NCBI GenBank assembly: GCA_020833025.1 | Contig: JAJHRB010000004.1 | Coordinates: 1-39,870 of the forward strand | DNA length: 39,870 nucleotides | Direction: 5' to 3' | From: Thermoproteaceae archaeon | Lineage (GTDB): Archaea; Thermoproteota; Thermoprotei; Thermoproteales; Thermoproteaceae | Shown here: positions 25,541 to 34,587 of the stretch, in pieces | How positions within the stretch are numbered: the stretch's first letter is position 1 | Layout: the number at the start of each line of letters is the position of its first letter | Translations under genes and position numbers: made by a program | The notes under the pieces: generated by a model | Seen by the model: the letters and a program-made list of their open reading frames with translations, nothing else | Database searches by the model: none | What the model was told of the DNA's origin: nothing

Positions 25541-25910
25541 CAGCGCCCGGCCGCGCGCGCGCCTCAAGCCGCTCATCAGAGGCAGGGGGCGCGTTGCCGC
25601 GAGGGTTGTCAGACTGGGCTTTCCAGTCTCGCTGCTCGGTGACTTAGATCCCGAGACGGGGAGGCTTGCCGGCGTTGACGCAGCCGGGAGCGTTGTCGCG
25701 CTGCCCTACTTGAGGGGCTCGACAGTCGGGCCTTACGTACTGTGGAGCGCGGCAGTCAGAGGCAAGGCGCCTCTGGCAATCGTGGCCGAGAGGCCCGACC
25801 TGCTGCTGGCAACCGCGTGCGCGCTGGCCGGCATCCCTCTATTTCAGGGATCTGTGACTGCAGAGTGCATAAGAATAGACCTGGAGACCGGGGAGTATGA
25901 GAGGTGCTAG
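25533..25910 (+). CDS. Aconitase X swivel subunit (DUF126), probably phosphomevalonate dehydratase small subunit
   Basis: PVSLLGDLDPETG, PYLRGSTVG, KAPLAIV. Confidence 0.88.
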   Translation: MHSSARPRARLKPLIRGRGRVAARVVRLGFPVSLLGDLDPETGRLAGVDAAGSVVALPYLRGSTVGPYVLWSAAVRGKAPLAIVAERPDLLLATACALAGIPLFQGSVTAECIRIDLETGEYERC

Positions 25911-26190
25911 CAAGGACGTCCTCACAAGGCTGGCGCTGCTAATGCTCGAGGAGCTCTCGCTCAGAGAGGGCGGTGCCGTGAGGCTCCGGTACTGGAAGAC
26001 CTACAGAATGGTCGAGTTCTGGCTGGGAGAGGGGGTGGCGCAGCTGATTGCAAGGAGGCTGGCCGAGGGCGGCTACGTGAAGCTCGAGGGCGGGCGCGCG
26101 GTCTTGCTCAAGCGCTTGAGCGCGCGCAGGAGCCTCGGTCAGATACTGAGAGATGCCTACGCGCTCCTAACCGCCGTGGCGGCCAGCTAG
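25897..26190 (+). CDS. Hypothetical small protein (possible wHTH)
   Basis: 97-aa ORF overlapping the AcnX small-subunit stop; LAEGGYVKLEGG is wing-like. Confidence 0.65.
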   Translation: MRGASKDVLTRLALLMLEELSLREGGAVRLRYWKTYRMVEFWLGEGVAQLIARRLAEGGYVKLEGGRAVLLKRLSARRSLGQILRDAYALLTAVAAS

Positions 26191-26195
26191 ACAGC

Positions 26196-27305
26196 TCAGG
26201 GCGCGGCCGCGCCCACCTGAGTTCTCTGCTCGCCAGATCCCTGCCTGCTCCCCCTCCGCGCGTAGAGCAGCGGGTTCCTCACGCCGCACGCGAGGCCGTT
26301 CGGGCACAGCCCCCAGGACAGCATTGTCTGGCAGCCCGGCACCATGTACTGCTTCCTGCCTCCGGCCTGCCCCGCTATGTGCATTACCTGGTACCTGGTG
26401 ACCCTCTCGTTGAAGTCGGGGGCGGAGCGGAACAGGTCGACTACTCTCTCGACGTCCCAGCCGCGCCTGACCAGGTAAGCCGCGAGCGCGAATCTGGCCG
26501 CGTGCGGGAGGTTCTCGCCGGCCTTGAGCGCCTCCACGAGCGCGCGCATGCAGGGGGGGTCCTCGCCGGCCTTAACCGCGTCCAGCCTTAGCGCCGGCCG
26601 CCCGTGCTTCCTAGCCAGCTCCTCGAGCTCGGGCACGAGGCGCGGGACTGCGTGTCTGGCAATCCAGCCGACCGCCAGCTCGTTCTCGCGCGCGAGCTCG
26701 ATAATGCGCTCCTCGTAGGCCCCCTCGAGGAGTCTCGTGAAATCGCCGTCGGGGATGAGAACCCAGCCCCTCACGACAGGCCTGTTTATCATGGCCCATT
26801 GCGGGCTCTGCGGCGCGAACTTGAGGTACGACGTCCAGCGTACCGCAACTGGAAGCTCGTCCGCCCGCGAGAAGCCACGGCCCCGGAAGACGTCCTTGGT
26901 GCACGCGGCGGAAACACCGAGATCTCTCGCAATCTCAAACCTGCAGCACTCCTCGCCGTAAATACAGCACTGATCGCGGAGCGCGCTTCTAATAGTCTGG
27001 GAGAATGCCTTGCCGCTCACCACCGCGAACTTTTTGAGCAAGTGGGGGCCGCCCGCTGCCGCGATGTAAAGCGCCAGCCTCGCGACGACCACCGCCCTTC
27101 CGGGATCGCTGCACTCGCAGCGCGCGGCCGCGGCGCCTGGCGCGCCCCGCTCGAGCAACGCCCTGAGGAACTCCACAGCCTCGCGAACTTTAGCCTCGTC
27201 GGAGAGCTCGCTCTCCAGCGTGGCGCCCTGCCTCTTCAGAAACTCCGATACTCTCCTCAGGAATGGAAAGCAGCAGGCCAGCTCAAGCGCCGAGCAGCGA
27301 GTCAT
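26196..27305 (-). CDS. priL: DNA primase large subunit
   Basis: PPCM, GENLPHAARFAL, FRSAPDFNE..TRYQ..HI, Y..PGC......GLC ([4Fe-4S] domain). Confidence 0.95.
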   Translation of the reverse strand: MTRCSALELACCFPFLRRVSEFLKRQGATLESELSDEAKVREAVEFLRALLERGAPGAAAARCECSDPGRAVVVARLALYIAAAGGPHLLKKFAVVSGKAFSQTIRSALRDQCCIYGEECCRFEIARDLGVSAACTKDVFRGRGFSRADELPVAVRWTSYLKFAPQSPQWAMINRPVVRGWVLIPDGDFTRLLEGAYEERIIELARENELAVGWIARHAVPRLVPELEELARKHGRPALRLDAVKAGEDPPCMRALVEALKAGENLPHAARFALAAYLVRRGWDVERVVDLFRSAPDFNERVTRYQVMHIAGQAGGRKQYMVPGCQTMLSWGLCPNGLACGVRNPLLYARRGSRQGSGEQRTQVGAAAP

Positions 27306-27346
27306 CGAGTCCCGCCGCCTCTCAGCATTTTTACGGCCCCGTCGCG

Positions 27347-28432
27347 CTAGCCGTATAAGCTGAGTAAGTCGAGGCCAGGCGCGAGCTCGCGGTATCTGCC
27401 GCCGGTGAGCCTAGCGAGCTGCCTTAGAAAGCCGCTCCTCTCGGTCGCGACGACGTGAAGCCTCCTGAACTTCCTCGCGATCTGCAGCACTCTGTCGGCG
27501 TCGCTGGTGCGCCCGTCGCTTATGATCACCACGTCTCTCGTCGCGCCGTGCGCGTGCAACAACTCCAGCGCCGAGGCTAGCTCCGTGCCCCCCATTGCGT
27601 AGACGTAGCGCAGTATCTCGATCATCTCTCTCGAGTAAGTGTGGGCGGCGTGGGGGGTCCACATAAAGTCGGCATCGACGTTGAAGAGGGCCAGCGCCAC
27701 GAAGCCGCGCAGGTAAGCCATCTGGCGTATGTATCTAGCAATTGCATTTTTGGCAACTCTGAGCTTGGTCGCGCTGCCGACGTACTCCTTCATGCTCCCG
27801 GAGACGTCAAGCGCAATGTAGACGGGCTTGTCTATAATGTGCGTGTACTCGCGCAGGTGAATGTCGTCATCCGACAGCGGCCTTCCCATGAGCCTCTTTT
27901 TCATGAAGGACATTGCCGTCATCAGCAGATCGATATCGGAAGGAGGGGCGCTGGGGCGGTACCGCTTGACCAGCCGCACTGCAGACTTCACGTGCGCGAC
28001 CCCCTCGCTCCTAGCGGCGATGGGGCTCCTCGCCTCCTCGAGGGCCTCTCTGGGCAAGTTGAGTCTCTTTATGACCTCTAGCTTCGCACGCGGGGACGCG
28101 TCAATGCGCACGTGTCTGTTGACAATGTGCGCGAGCGTGGGGGCCCTCTCGCTGCCGACGGAGCCCCACGCCATGACGGCAGGCTCCGCGCTCGGGCTGC
28201 GCTTGGCGCACGCAATGGCGTCTTCCACAATTTTCCTGGCAGCGCCGGGGCTCGCGCGGAGGGCTCCAGCCAAGTTCTGCGCTATTATGTCGACGAGCTT
28301 TTCCCAGCTCAGGCCGCCCAGCTGCGCCCTGGCCCGCACGTCGGCCGCCGCGTATACGAGGCTGCGCACTGAGGCCTGGCCGCCCAGGCACTCGTAAATT
28401 CGCAGCAGCAGGTCTGCTACCTCGTCCATCAC
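27347..28432 (-). CDS. von Willebrand A domain protein, MoxR partner
   Basis: MIDAS DVSGS, GGTEL, ISDG. Confidence 0.9.
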   Translation of the reverse strand: MMDEVADLLLRIYECLGGQASVRSLVYAAADVRARAQLGGLSWEKLVDIIAQNLAGALRASPGAARKIVEDAIACAKRSPSAEPAVMAWGSVGSERAPTLAHIVNRHVRIDASPRAKLEVIKRLNLPREALEEARSPIAARSEGVAHVKSAVRLVKRYRPSAPPSDIDLLMTAMSFMKKRLMGRPLSDDDIHLREYTHIIDKPVYIALDVSGSMKEYVGSATKLRVAKNAIARYIRQMAYLRGFVALALFNVDADFMWTPHAAHTYSREMIEILRYVYAMGGTELASALELLHAHGATRDVVIISDGRTSDADRVLQIARKFRRLHVVATERSGFLRQLARLTGGRYRELAPGLDLLSLYG

Positions 28433-29346
28433 GCGCTTACCGCTGCCTTCTCGAATAAATTAACCAGCACATTCTTCACCTCGGAAGTGTGAGGCAGGTT
28501 AGCTGCCAGTGCCAGTTTCAAGTCCCTCACGCCCGCGCTCCTGTGCTGCGACCACGCCCGCGCCACGGCGTCGGCGAGCGCATAACTGAGAGACCTCACG
28601 GACTGGGGGTACCCGGCTCTCTCCGCCTCGTAGGTGAACTTCACCAGCATGTCGACGAGCCTCGGCGGTATCTCGGCCTCGAGGTCCCCGAGGTATTCCT
28701 TGGCCTTCCAGATCAGTACCGACCGCAGTATCTCCCTGTCAGGCAGCTTGACCTCGACAAACTTGAACCTGTCGGCTAGGGCCTCTGAGAGCTCGTAGAC
28801 TCCCTCGTACTCGCTCGGGTTTGCTGTGGCTATAAGTGCAAAGTCGGTCCTTATTCTGAATCCCCTGACGTAGACGTAGTGCTCCTGTATTGCCTGCAGA
28901 AGCGCGGCCTGGGCATACGGATTGAGGCGGTTGATCTCGTCAAGTATCAACGCAGACCCGTGTGCCGTCACCAGAGGTCCCGGTATGTACGCAAGCGGGT
29001 GGTCGAGGCCTGTCTGCAGCGCCACCGCTATATCGATGTCGCCCGTCAGGTCCACTGCCGTCATGTGCGAGTGGCACGCGACCATGACATACGGCGGGTC
29101 GCTCAGGGCCAGGGTCTCGGCAATCACCTTTGCCAGAGTGCTCTTGCCCAGACCCACCGTGCCGACGAGGGCAACGGGCCTCCCGATCATCAGCCCGCTC
29201 AGCGTGTCAAGAACCACGTCGTCGAGCCCCCGCAGGGCCTTGTTTACTGCCCTCACTATTTCCTCCACGCCAAGCTTCCTCACGCGCTCCCTCACCAGCC
29301 TGGGTATGTTAACAGGCTCTCGTTGCAGCAGCTCGGAGAGTTTCAC
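28429..29346 (-). CDS. MoxR-family AAA+ ATPase
   Basis: Walker A GTVGLGKS, PGPLV, Walker B ILDEINR, ALLQAIQE, ATANP, EALADRF. Confidence 0.92.
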   Translation of the reverse strand: MKLSELLQREPVNIPRLVRERVRKLGVEEIVRAVNKALRGLDDVVLDTLSGLMIGRPVALVGTVGLGKSTLAKVIAETLALSDPPYVMVACHSHMTAVDLTGDIDIAVALQTGLDHPLAYIPGPLVTAHGSALILDEINRLNPYAQAALLQAIQEHYVYVRGFRIRTDFALIATANPSEYEGVYELSEALADRFKFVEVKLPDREILRSVLIWKAKEYLGDLEAEIPPRLVDMLVKFTYEAERAGYPQSVRSLSYALADAVARAWSQHRSAGVRDLKLALAANLPHTSEVKNVLVNLFEKAAVSA

Positions 29347-29446
29347 GCGAGCTCCGCGCGTGGCAGTTAAAAAATAAGCCCTAGAGGAGGGCGCGAGGTC
29401 GGGCGGTCTGTTTCAGACTTAAAAGAGGCCCCGCACCCTCCTCACA

Positions 29447-30805
29447 ATGACCGCCCGCGTGCTGAAAAGCGGCGAGATTTATCGTATAGAGGGTCCCGCG
29501 AAAGTTACTGTCAGGCAGGGCCGAATTTATGCAACAGGCGTGGTTTACACGGAGGGGCAGAGCTTCACGGTGCTGAAGGCAAGGAGGCTGGCAATAAAGG
29601 CTCTCGCGGACTCCGAGGTGGAGTTCATACTGGGCCCGGGCGCCGTGCTTGAGAGAGCCGCGCCGGGCGAGGAAGTGCTTGACCGCTGGGACGAGAAGAC
29701 CTCGTCGCTCGACCTCAGGGGAGTTATAATGGTCGTGGGGATGGTCGACGTCGGCAAGTCAACAATGGCCGCGCTGCTCGGCAACAAGGCGCTCGCGCGC
29801 GGCCTCAGTGTTGCAATAGTTGACGCGGACGTGGGCCAGAATGATTTAGGCCCGCCAACTACAGTCTCTCTCGCCAGGCTGACGAGATACATCACGCACT
29901 TGCGCCAGCTCCTGGCCGAGAGGAGCGTGTTCCTCCAGACCACGAGTCTCGAGCGCATCTGGCAGAGCGCGGTGGAGAAAATCGCGAGAGCCGTCGAGTA
30001 TGCAATTAACGAGTGGGGGGCAGACACAGTGATAGTCAACACCGACGGATGGGTTCTCGACAAGAGCGCGGTTCTTTACAAGCGTGCCTTGATAGATAGA
30101 ATAAAGCCGAACCTGATAGTCGCAATACAGGTTGAGGGCGAGCTCGCGCCAATTCTGGACGGCTACAGCAATGTGGTGGTAGTGCCGCCGCCGCCGCACG
30201 CCAGGACCAAAAGCAGGGAGGACAGGAAGGCGCACAGAGAGATGGGGTACGGCAGATTCATCTTCCCGCCCGTCGAGCTGGTAATACACCTCAACAAAAC
30301 GCCTCTGTGCAATCTACTAATGTTCGGCGGTATTGAAATATCAGATGAGCTAAAGAGAATGCTCGGGAGGGCTCTGGGCGTTCCCATCTTAAAGGCGTTC
30401 CAGTACAAGGACAGAGTATACGCAATTGTCAACAGCGACTCGTTTGCCGTCAGGAAGATAGGCGGGTTTAAGGTGGCGTGCCTCCCGGCGGACTTTGAAA
30501 GGGGGCTTCTAGTCGGGCTCGAGGACGGCGAGGGCTTCTTGGTGGGACTCGGCGTCATGAAGAAAATTTACTACGACAAGAGGAAGGCCATTGTCTACAC
30601 GTCGAGCGAGGTGGAGAAGAACTTGAATAAAGTGAGGTGCGTTAGGCTCGGGCTCGTAAGGCTTGACGAGAGTTTCAATGAGGTCGAGAAGGCAGTAGGC
30701 CTACTCAAGATTCTTGAAGCGCTTGAAGAGGACAAGGGCGAGCTCGGGCCTCCCTCTAACCACGACCACTCCCGGAGCAACTCGGGGCCGCAGGACGCCT
30801 CCTGA
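29447..30805 (+). CDS. clp1: Clp1/Grc3-family polynucleotide 5'-OH kinase
   Basis: GMVDVGKST, DADVGQNDLGPP, VNTDGW, REDRKAHRE. Confidence 0.9.
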   Translation: MTARVLKSGEIYRIEGPAKVTVRQGRIYATGVVYTEGQSFTVLKARRLAIKALADSEVEFILGPGAVLERAAPGEEVLDRWDEKTSSLDLRGVIMVVGMVDVGKSTMAALLGNKALARGLSVAIVDADVGQNDLGPPTTVSLARLTRYITHLRQLLAERSVFLQTTSLERIWQSAVEKIARAVEYAINEWGADTVIVNTDGWVLDKSAVLYKRALIDRIKPNLIVAIQVEGELAPILDGYSNVVVVPPPPHARTKSREDRKAHREMGYGRFIFPPVELVIHLNKTPLCNLLMFGGIEISDELKRMLGRALGVPILKAFQYKDRVYAIVNSDSFAVRKIGGFKVACLPADFERGLLVGLEDGEGFLVGLGVMKKIYYDKRKAIVYTSSEVEKNLNKVRCVRLGLVRLDESFNEVEKAVGLLKILEALEEDKGELGPPSNHDHSRSNSGPQDAS

Positions 30806-30936
30806 CCTCCGGAGGTAGCCGGGCGAGGCGGTGGCGCCCCCTCAGGGCCGGGAGGCGCCGCGGCCGCAGGGAGCGGGAAAAGCCCGGCAAGAGATGCCGG
30901 GACAAGGCCTTTAAGCAGCCGGGCAGGGGCGGTCGG

Positions 30937-30986
30937 GTGAGCGGAGCGGGCAGCGACTGAGCGGTGAAGAGCCTATCTCACAGCGA
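30937..30986 (+). ncRNA. Candidate C/D-box sRNA with co-varying non-canonical C and D boxes
   Basis: GTGAGCG -13 nt- CTGA gcg GTGAAGA -12 nt- GCGA; TTTAAG 27 nt upstream. Confidence 0.55.
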
Positions 30987-30994
30987 CTTGGCTC

Positions 30995-31789
30995 TCACCA
31001 CTCCTGAAGGTCGGCCAGCGTTCCCAGGAATGTCATGTCGGGTAGGTACACCTCCGCGAGCTCGTGTCTCCACTCAACGTACTTGAGAATAGACTTTCCC
31101 TCTAGCGACGCGCGCGGCAGCTCTCTCACGTCGACTCCCGCCAGCAGCGGGTGGAACGCGGGGAGCACGATAATCTTGACCACGCCGTCCTCGCACGGAT
31201 CGCCGTAGAGACTCTCGCAAAGCGCCCTCCGCTGGGCGTGAATTTTGAGCAGCGCTGGCACCTTTACGTAATACCCTATGTCGTCTCTTATCATCACTGC
31301 AGGGTGCGTGTGCCCCATTATTACTACGCCCGCTCTCTCCAAGTCCTCCCTGCGCGGCTTTGCGTGCCCGTGGAGCAGCAGGTATTTATCGTCGAGCAGA
31401 ATCCCGCGGGCCGGCGCGGTAATGACTCCCTCTATGCCTTCGGCTATCTCGCGCAGCAGCGTGTCGTGATTTCCTGGAGTCAGCAGCACCGGAACTCTCC
31501 TGGCCACTGCCGACAGGAACGCCCTGACCTCGCCCGCGCTGTCCCTAGGCGAGCGAAGCTCGTGCTTGACATCGCCGAGAATGACGACGAGAGTCGCATT
31601 GAGGGAGTCGGCAAGCTCTACCACCCTCCTTGCAATTCTCTCCGTCTGGCTCGCCACGTTCACTCCCCGCTCTCTCTTGAGCTCTAGCTCCAGCCCGATG
31701 TGCGTGTCTGCGATGAGGAGCGCGCGCCCGCGCTTTAGGCGCAAGACCGCCTCGTACTGCAAGTCAAGACACACGCTGCCTGCGCACAA
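30995..31789 (-). CDS. Metallophosphoesterase (COG1407/ICC-like)
   Basis: IADTHIG, LGDVKH, PGNHD, LHGH, MGHTHP, LPAFHP. Confidence 0.92.
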   Translation of the reverse strand: MCAGSVCLDLQYEAVLRLKRGRALLIADTHIGLELELKRERGVNVASQTERIARRVVELADSLNATLVVILGDVKHELRSPRDSAGEVRAFLSAVARRVPVLLTPGNHDTLLREIAEGIEGVITAPARGILLDDKYLLLHGHAKPRREDLERAGVVIMGHTHPAVMIRDDIGYYVKVPALLKIHAQRRALCESLYGDPCEDGVVKIIVLPAFHPLLAGVDVRELPRASLEGKSILKYVEWRHELAEVYLPDMTFLGTLADLQEW

Positions 31790-31798
31790 CGCGCGTTT

Positions 31799-32308
31799 TT
31801 AACATGCAGCGCGCCTCCCTGTGCAGAAGCGGCGCGCGGCCTCCCTGTCGCGGAGCCTGAGCCTGTACCCATCCTCGCCGTCGCCGTAGTAACCCCTCAG
31901 CACTTCAGAGATCGTGAAGCCGGCCGACGTGTAAAGCCTGAGCGCGGGCTCGTTTGACACCCTCACCTCGAGGAACACTTCGGACACCCTCCCGCGCGCG
32001 AGCAGGTTGAGCGCGGTGCACAGAAGCGCGCGCCCAATGCCCCTCCTCCTGTACTCGGGCCTCACGGCCAGCGATATGACGTGGGCGGCGCCCCCCTCGA
32101 TGCACGTGATTATGTACCCCACCACGTCATTGCATGCGAGATACACGTAGGAGCTATCGCCGCAGTAAGCGCACAGAAACTTCAAGATCTCTGGGCTGTA
32201 GATGTCGTGCGGCTTGAATGAGCTAAGCTCGACGCTGTATATTAGCGGCGCGTCAGACGCGCGGCACTCCCTCACGGCGTGCGCGCAGCCACCGCACTCT
32301 GCGCGCAT
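31799..32308 (-). CDS. rimI: RimI/Ard1-type N-acetyltransferase (GNAT)
   Basis: AHVISLAVRPEYRRRGIG, FLEVRVSNEPALRLY, GYYGDGEDGY. Confidence 0.92.
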   Translation of the reverse strand: MRAECGGCAHAVRECRASDAPLIYSVELSSFKPHDIYSPEILKFLCAYCGDSSYVYLACNDVVGYIITCIEGGAAHVISLAVRPEYRRRGIGRALLCTALNLLARGRVSEVFLEVRVSNEPALRLYTSAGFTISEVLRGYYGDGEDGYRLRLRDREAARRFCTGRRAAC

Positions 32309-32598
32309 TTGCCAAGCGGTCTCGGCGCTCGCACAAAAGGCTTTCGAGCGCGGCGCCGCCTGCGCCAGGGCTCCGGGGGCTCTCGCCGCAGGTGCGTGCC
32401 TGGGGCTTGGAGAGATGGCCTGCATACCTCAAGACTGGGGTCAGGAGGGGGCGCCGGCAGCCGTCCCTAAGCGCGGTATTGCGGCCCGGAAAAGCGCGGC
32501 GCCGTTACGCGGGGCCTGGGGCCGGCCACTGCGGGCGCCAGTCGCGCAACGGCGCCCGGCGCGTGTCTGGCGGCGCGAGAGGTGCCCTGTTGTCATTT

Positions 32599-32649
32599 TC
32601 AGCGCGTCTCTTCCCCGGTCATGGATCGCGCCATCGAACCCCTCATCAC
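32599..32649 (-). ncRNA. C/D-box sRNA
   Basis: GTGATGA -13- GCGA tcc ATGACCG -13- CTGA: canonical C and D boxes with canonical 51-nt geometry, intergenic. Confidence 0.7.
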
Positions 32650-32682
32650 GCCGGCTTGCCGGAGTGCGCGTGGAATAAGCGC

Positions 32683-32730
32683 TCTGCAGCGCAGCCCTCG
32701 TCACTGGTCTGACCGGGTTCAGCTCATCTT
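32683..32730 (-). ncRNA. Candidate C/D-box sRNA, in tandem with 32599-32649
   Basis: AAGATGA -12- CAGA cca GTGACGA -11- CAGA; the U-A and G-C K-turn pairs are retained. Confidence 0.45.
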
Positions 32731-32875
32731 CGACGGCAGTCTCAGACGCGGCTAGCGGTGCCGCCTCATTTTAAGCCTTTCTCGCACATGCAACTGCGCG
32801 AGAAAGCACAAAAAGCGAGCTGGAGCTGTCCACAATGCCGGGGTTTACGAGCTGGAGCTCCAGCTCTACGCCCTC

Positions 32876-33736
32876 TTGAGGGAGCGCGCGAAGTACAACG
32901 TCCCGCCTCTTATAGACGGCGCGCTCGCGCCGGTCATAGCGCGAGAGGTCTCGAGAAAGAGCAAGCCAGTAGTGGCGTATTTGGGCCCGGAGCGCTCGTT
33001 TACCTGGGAGGCCGCGGCAGCCGTATTCCCCCACAGCGAGCGCGTTCCCTGCGCCTCCATAACTGACGTGTTCCGCGAGGTGGAGCGCGGCGCTGCCGAT
33101 TACGGCGTCGTGCCGTTCATAAACAGTCTCGAGGGGCCAGTCGGCGAGACCGTGGACGCGCTGGCAGTGTACAGCGCGAGGATAATTGCAATGTACGAAA
33201 TACGCATTGTGCTCTGCATGGCGAGAAAGGGCACGCCGCGCGTCGTGTACACGCACCCGCACGCCGCGGCTCAGGCCAGGAGAGTTCTCTCGACACTCGG
33301 CGCGGAGGTCGTCTACACGCCGTCGACGTCAAAGGCAGTGGAGGAATTCGAGAGGTGCGGCGAGGGCTGCGCCGTTATCGCCTCGCCGAGGGCGCTCGAG
33401 CGCTACGCGGACAAGGTATGCGGTGTTGAGGACGGCGAGAGTTACACAAGGTTCGCCGTGCTCTCAAGCCGCGCGGAGGGCGCCGGAGAGAGAGTCGCAC
33501 TCGTATTCGCCGTGCCGAACGTCGCCGGCGCGCTGTACAGAGCGCTGGGGCCGATAGCGAGGCGGGGAATTAACATGACGCTGATATACTCAAGGCCCAC
33601 GAGACTCTCTCCGTGGGATTATTTCTTCCTCGCAGAGCTGGAGAGCTCGGAGGGTTTAGACGGCGCAGTGAGGGAGATGGCAGAGTGCACGACAATGTTA
33701 AAAGTAGTGGGGAGGTACAATATCATCAGGCTCTAG
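32876..33736 (+). CDS. pheA: Prephenate dehydratase with ACT domain; true start probably ATG 32835, out of frame by 1 nt in a G run
   Basis: VAYLGPERSFT, YGVVPFINSLEG, YTHPHAAAQ, STSKA, TRF, PNVAGALY, NMTLIYSRP. Confidence 0.9.
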   Translation: MRERAKYNVPPLIDGALAPVIAREVSRKSKPVVAYLGPERSFTWEAAAAVFPHSERVPCASITDVFREVERGAADYGVVPFINSLEGPVGETVDALAVYSARIIAMYEIRIVLCMARKGTPRVVYTHPHAAAQARRVLSTLGAEVVYTPSTSKAVEEFERCGEGCAVIASPRALERYADKVCGVEDGESYTRFAVLSSRAEGAGERVALVFAVPNVAGALYRALGPIARRGINMTLIYSRPTRLSPWDYFFLAELESSEGLDGAVREMAECTTMLKVVGRYNIIRL

Positions 33737-33742
33737 CCGCCG

Positions 33743-34516
33743 CTACGCGGGGGTAACCTCGACGTAGTCCGGCTCCAGCACTCCGGCCAGCCTGAGGAGG
33801 AGCTCTCTCACTGTGATGTCCGGTCTCTCGCCCAGAATCTTGCGCGCGAGCCGCGCCTTCTCCGGACAGTACGCCGACACTATCTCCTCGACCTCGTCCT
33901 CGGGTATGACGTCGGGCAGCTGAACTGTCACGTGCACGAGCATGTTCCCCACCGGCGGGATGCTCTCGACGATTTTCTCGTAAACCTCGGGCAGCATGGA
34001 TATCAAGAATGACGCATTTGCGAGACGCGCGTTCCTCAGCCTGTGAATCACGTAGGCCACGTCGAAGAACCTCGGGTCCTCGGCCGAGGGGAGCAGCTCG
34101 TCGAGCGCAATTACGACCCTGCGGGGGGCCAGCTCGAGCGCCGCCTTCAAAGTCCAGGAGGGATCTGCGCGGGCCAGCGAGAGAATCCCCTCGTAGCCGA
34201 ACTTCCGGTAGGCCTCGACTACCCGGCTTCTGGGCGCAGAGCTGGCGTATCTCGAGACGAGCCTCCACGCAATTGATGCGAAGATCTGCGCGGCGCTCCT
34301 CTCGGTAATCTCACTCGCGTCGACATACACGCACTCAACTCTCCCGCACACTTCGTACATTACCTGCGTCTTCCCCATGCCAGCCCTGCCGATGAGCACG
34401 ACTATCGGCAGCTCTGACGCCAGCTTGACGGCAGAGTCAACCGCCTTAAGCCACGACCTGCCCCCGAGCTTGAAGCTCTCGCTGGCCACGGGCCACTTGG
34501 GAATCTCGCACCCCAC
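33743..34516 (-). CDS. Uncharacterised P-loop ATPase
   Basis: Walker A GRAGMGKT, Walker B VVIALDE. Confidence 0.8.
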   Translation of the reverse strand: MGCEIPKWPVASESFKLGGRSWLKAVDSAVKLASELPIVVLIGRAGMGKTQVMYEVCGRVECVYVDASEITERSAAQIFASIAWRLVSRYASSAPRSRVVEAYRKFGYEGILSLARADPSWTLKAALELAPRRVVIALDELLPSAEDPRFFDVAYVIHRLRNARLANASFLISMLPEVYEKIVESIPPVGNMLVHVTVQLPDVIPEDEVEEIVSAYCPEKARLARKILGERPDITVRELLLRLAGVLEPDYVEVTPA

Positions 34517-34587
34517 GCAGCGCCCGGCCCTGCCCAATAACTGGCCGCACGGTATACTACCGGTACTATGCCTTCTAGCGCGCGGTA

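Noticed and set aside
30760-30905. RNase P (type T) or SRP RNA
   Set aside because: No GAGGAAAxUCC/ACAGAA or CAGG-GNRA-AGCA motifs on either strand.
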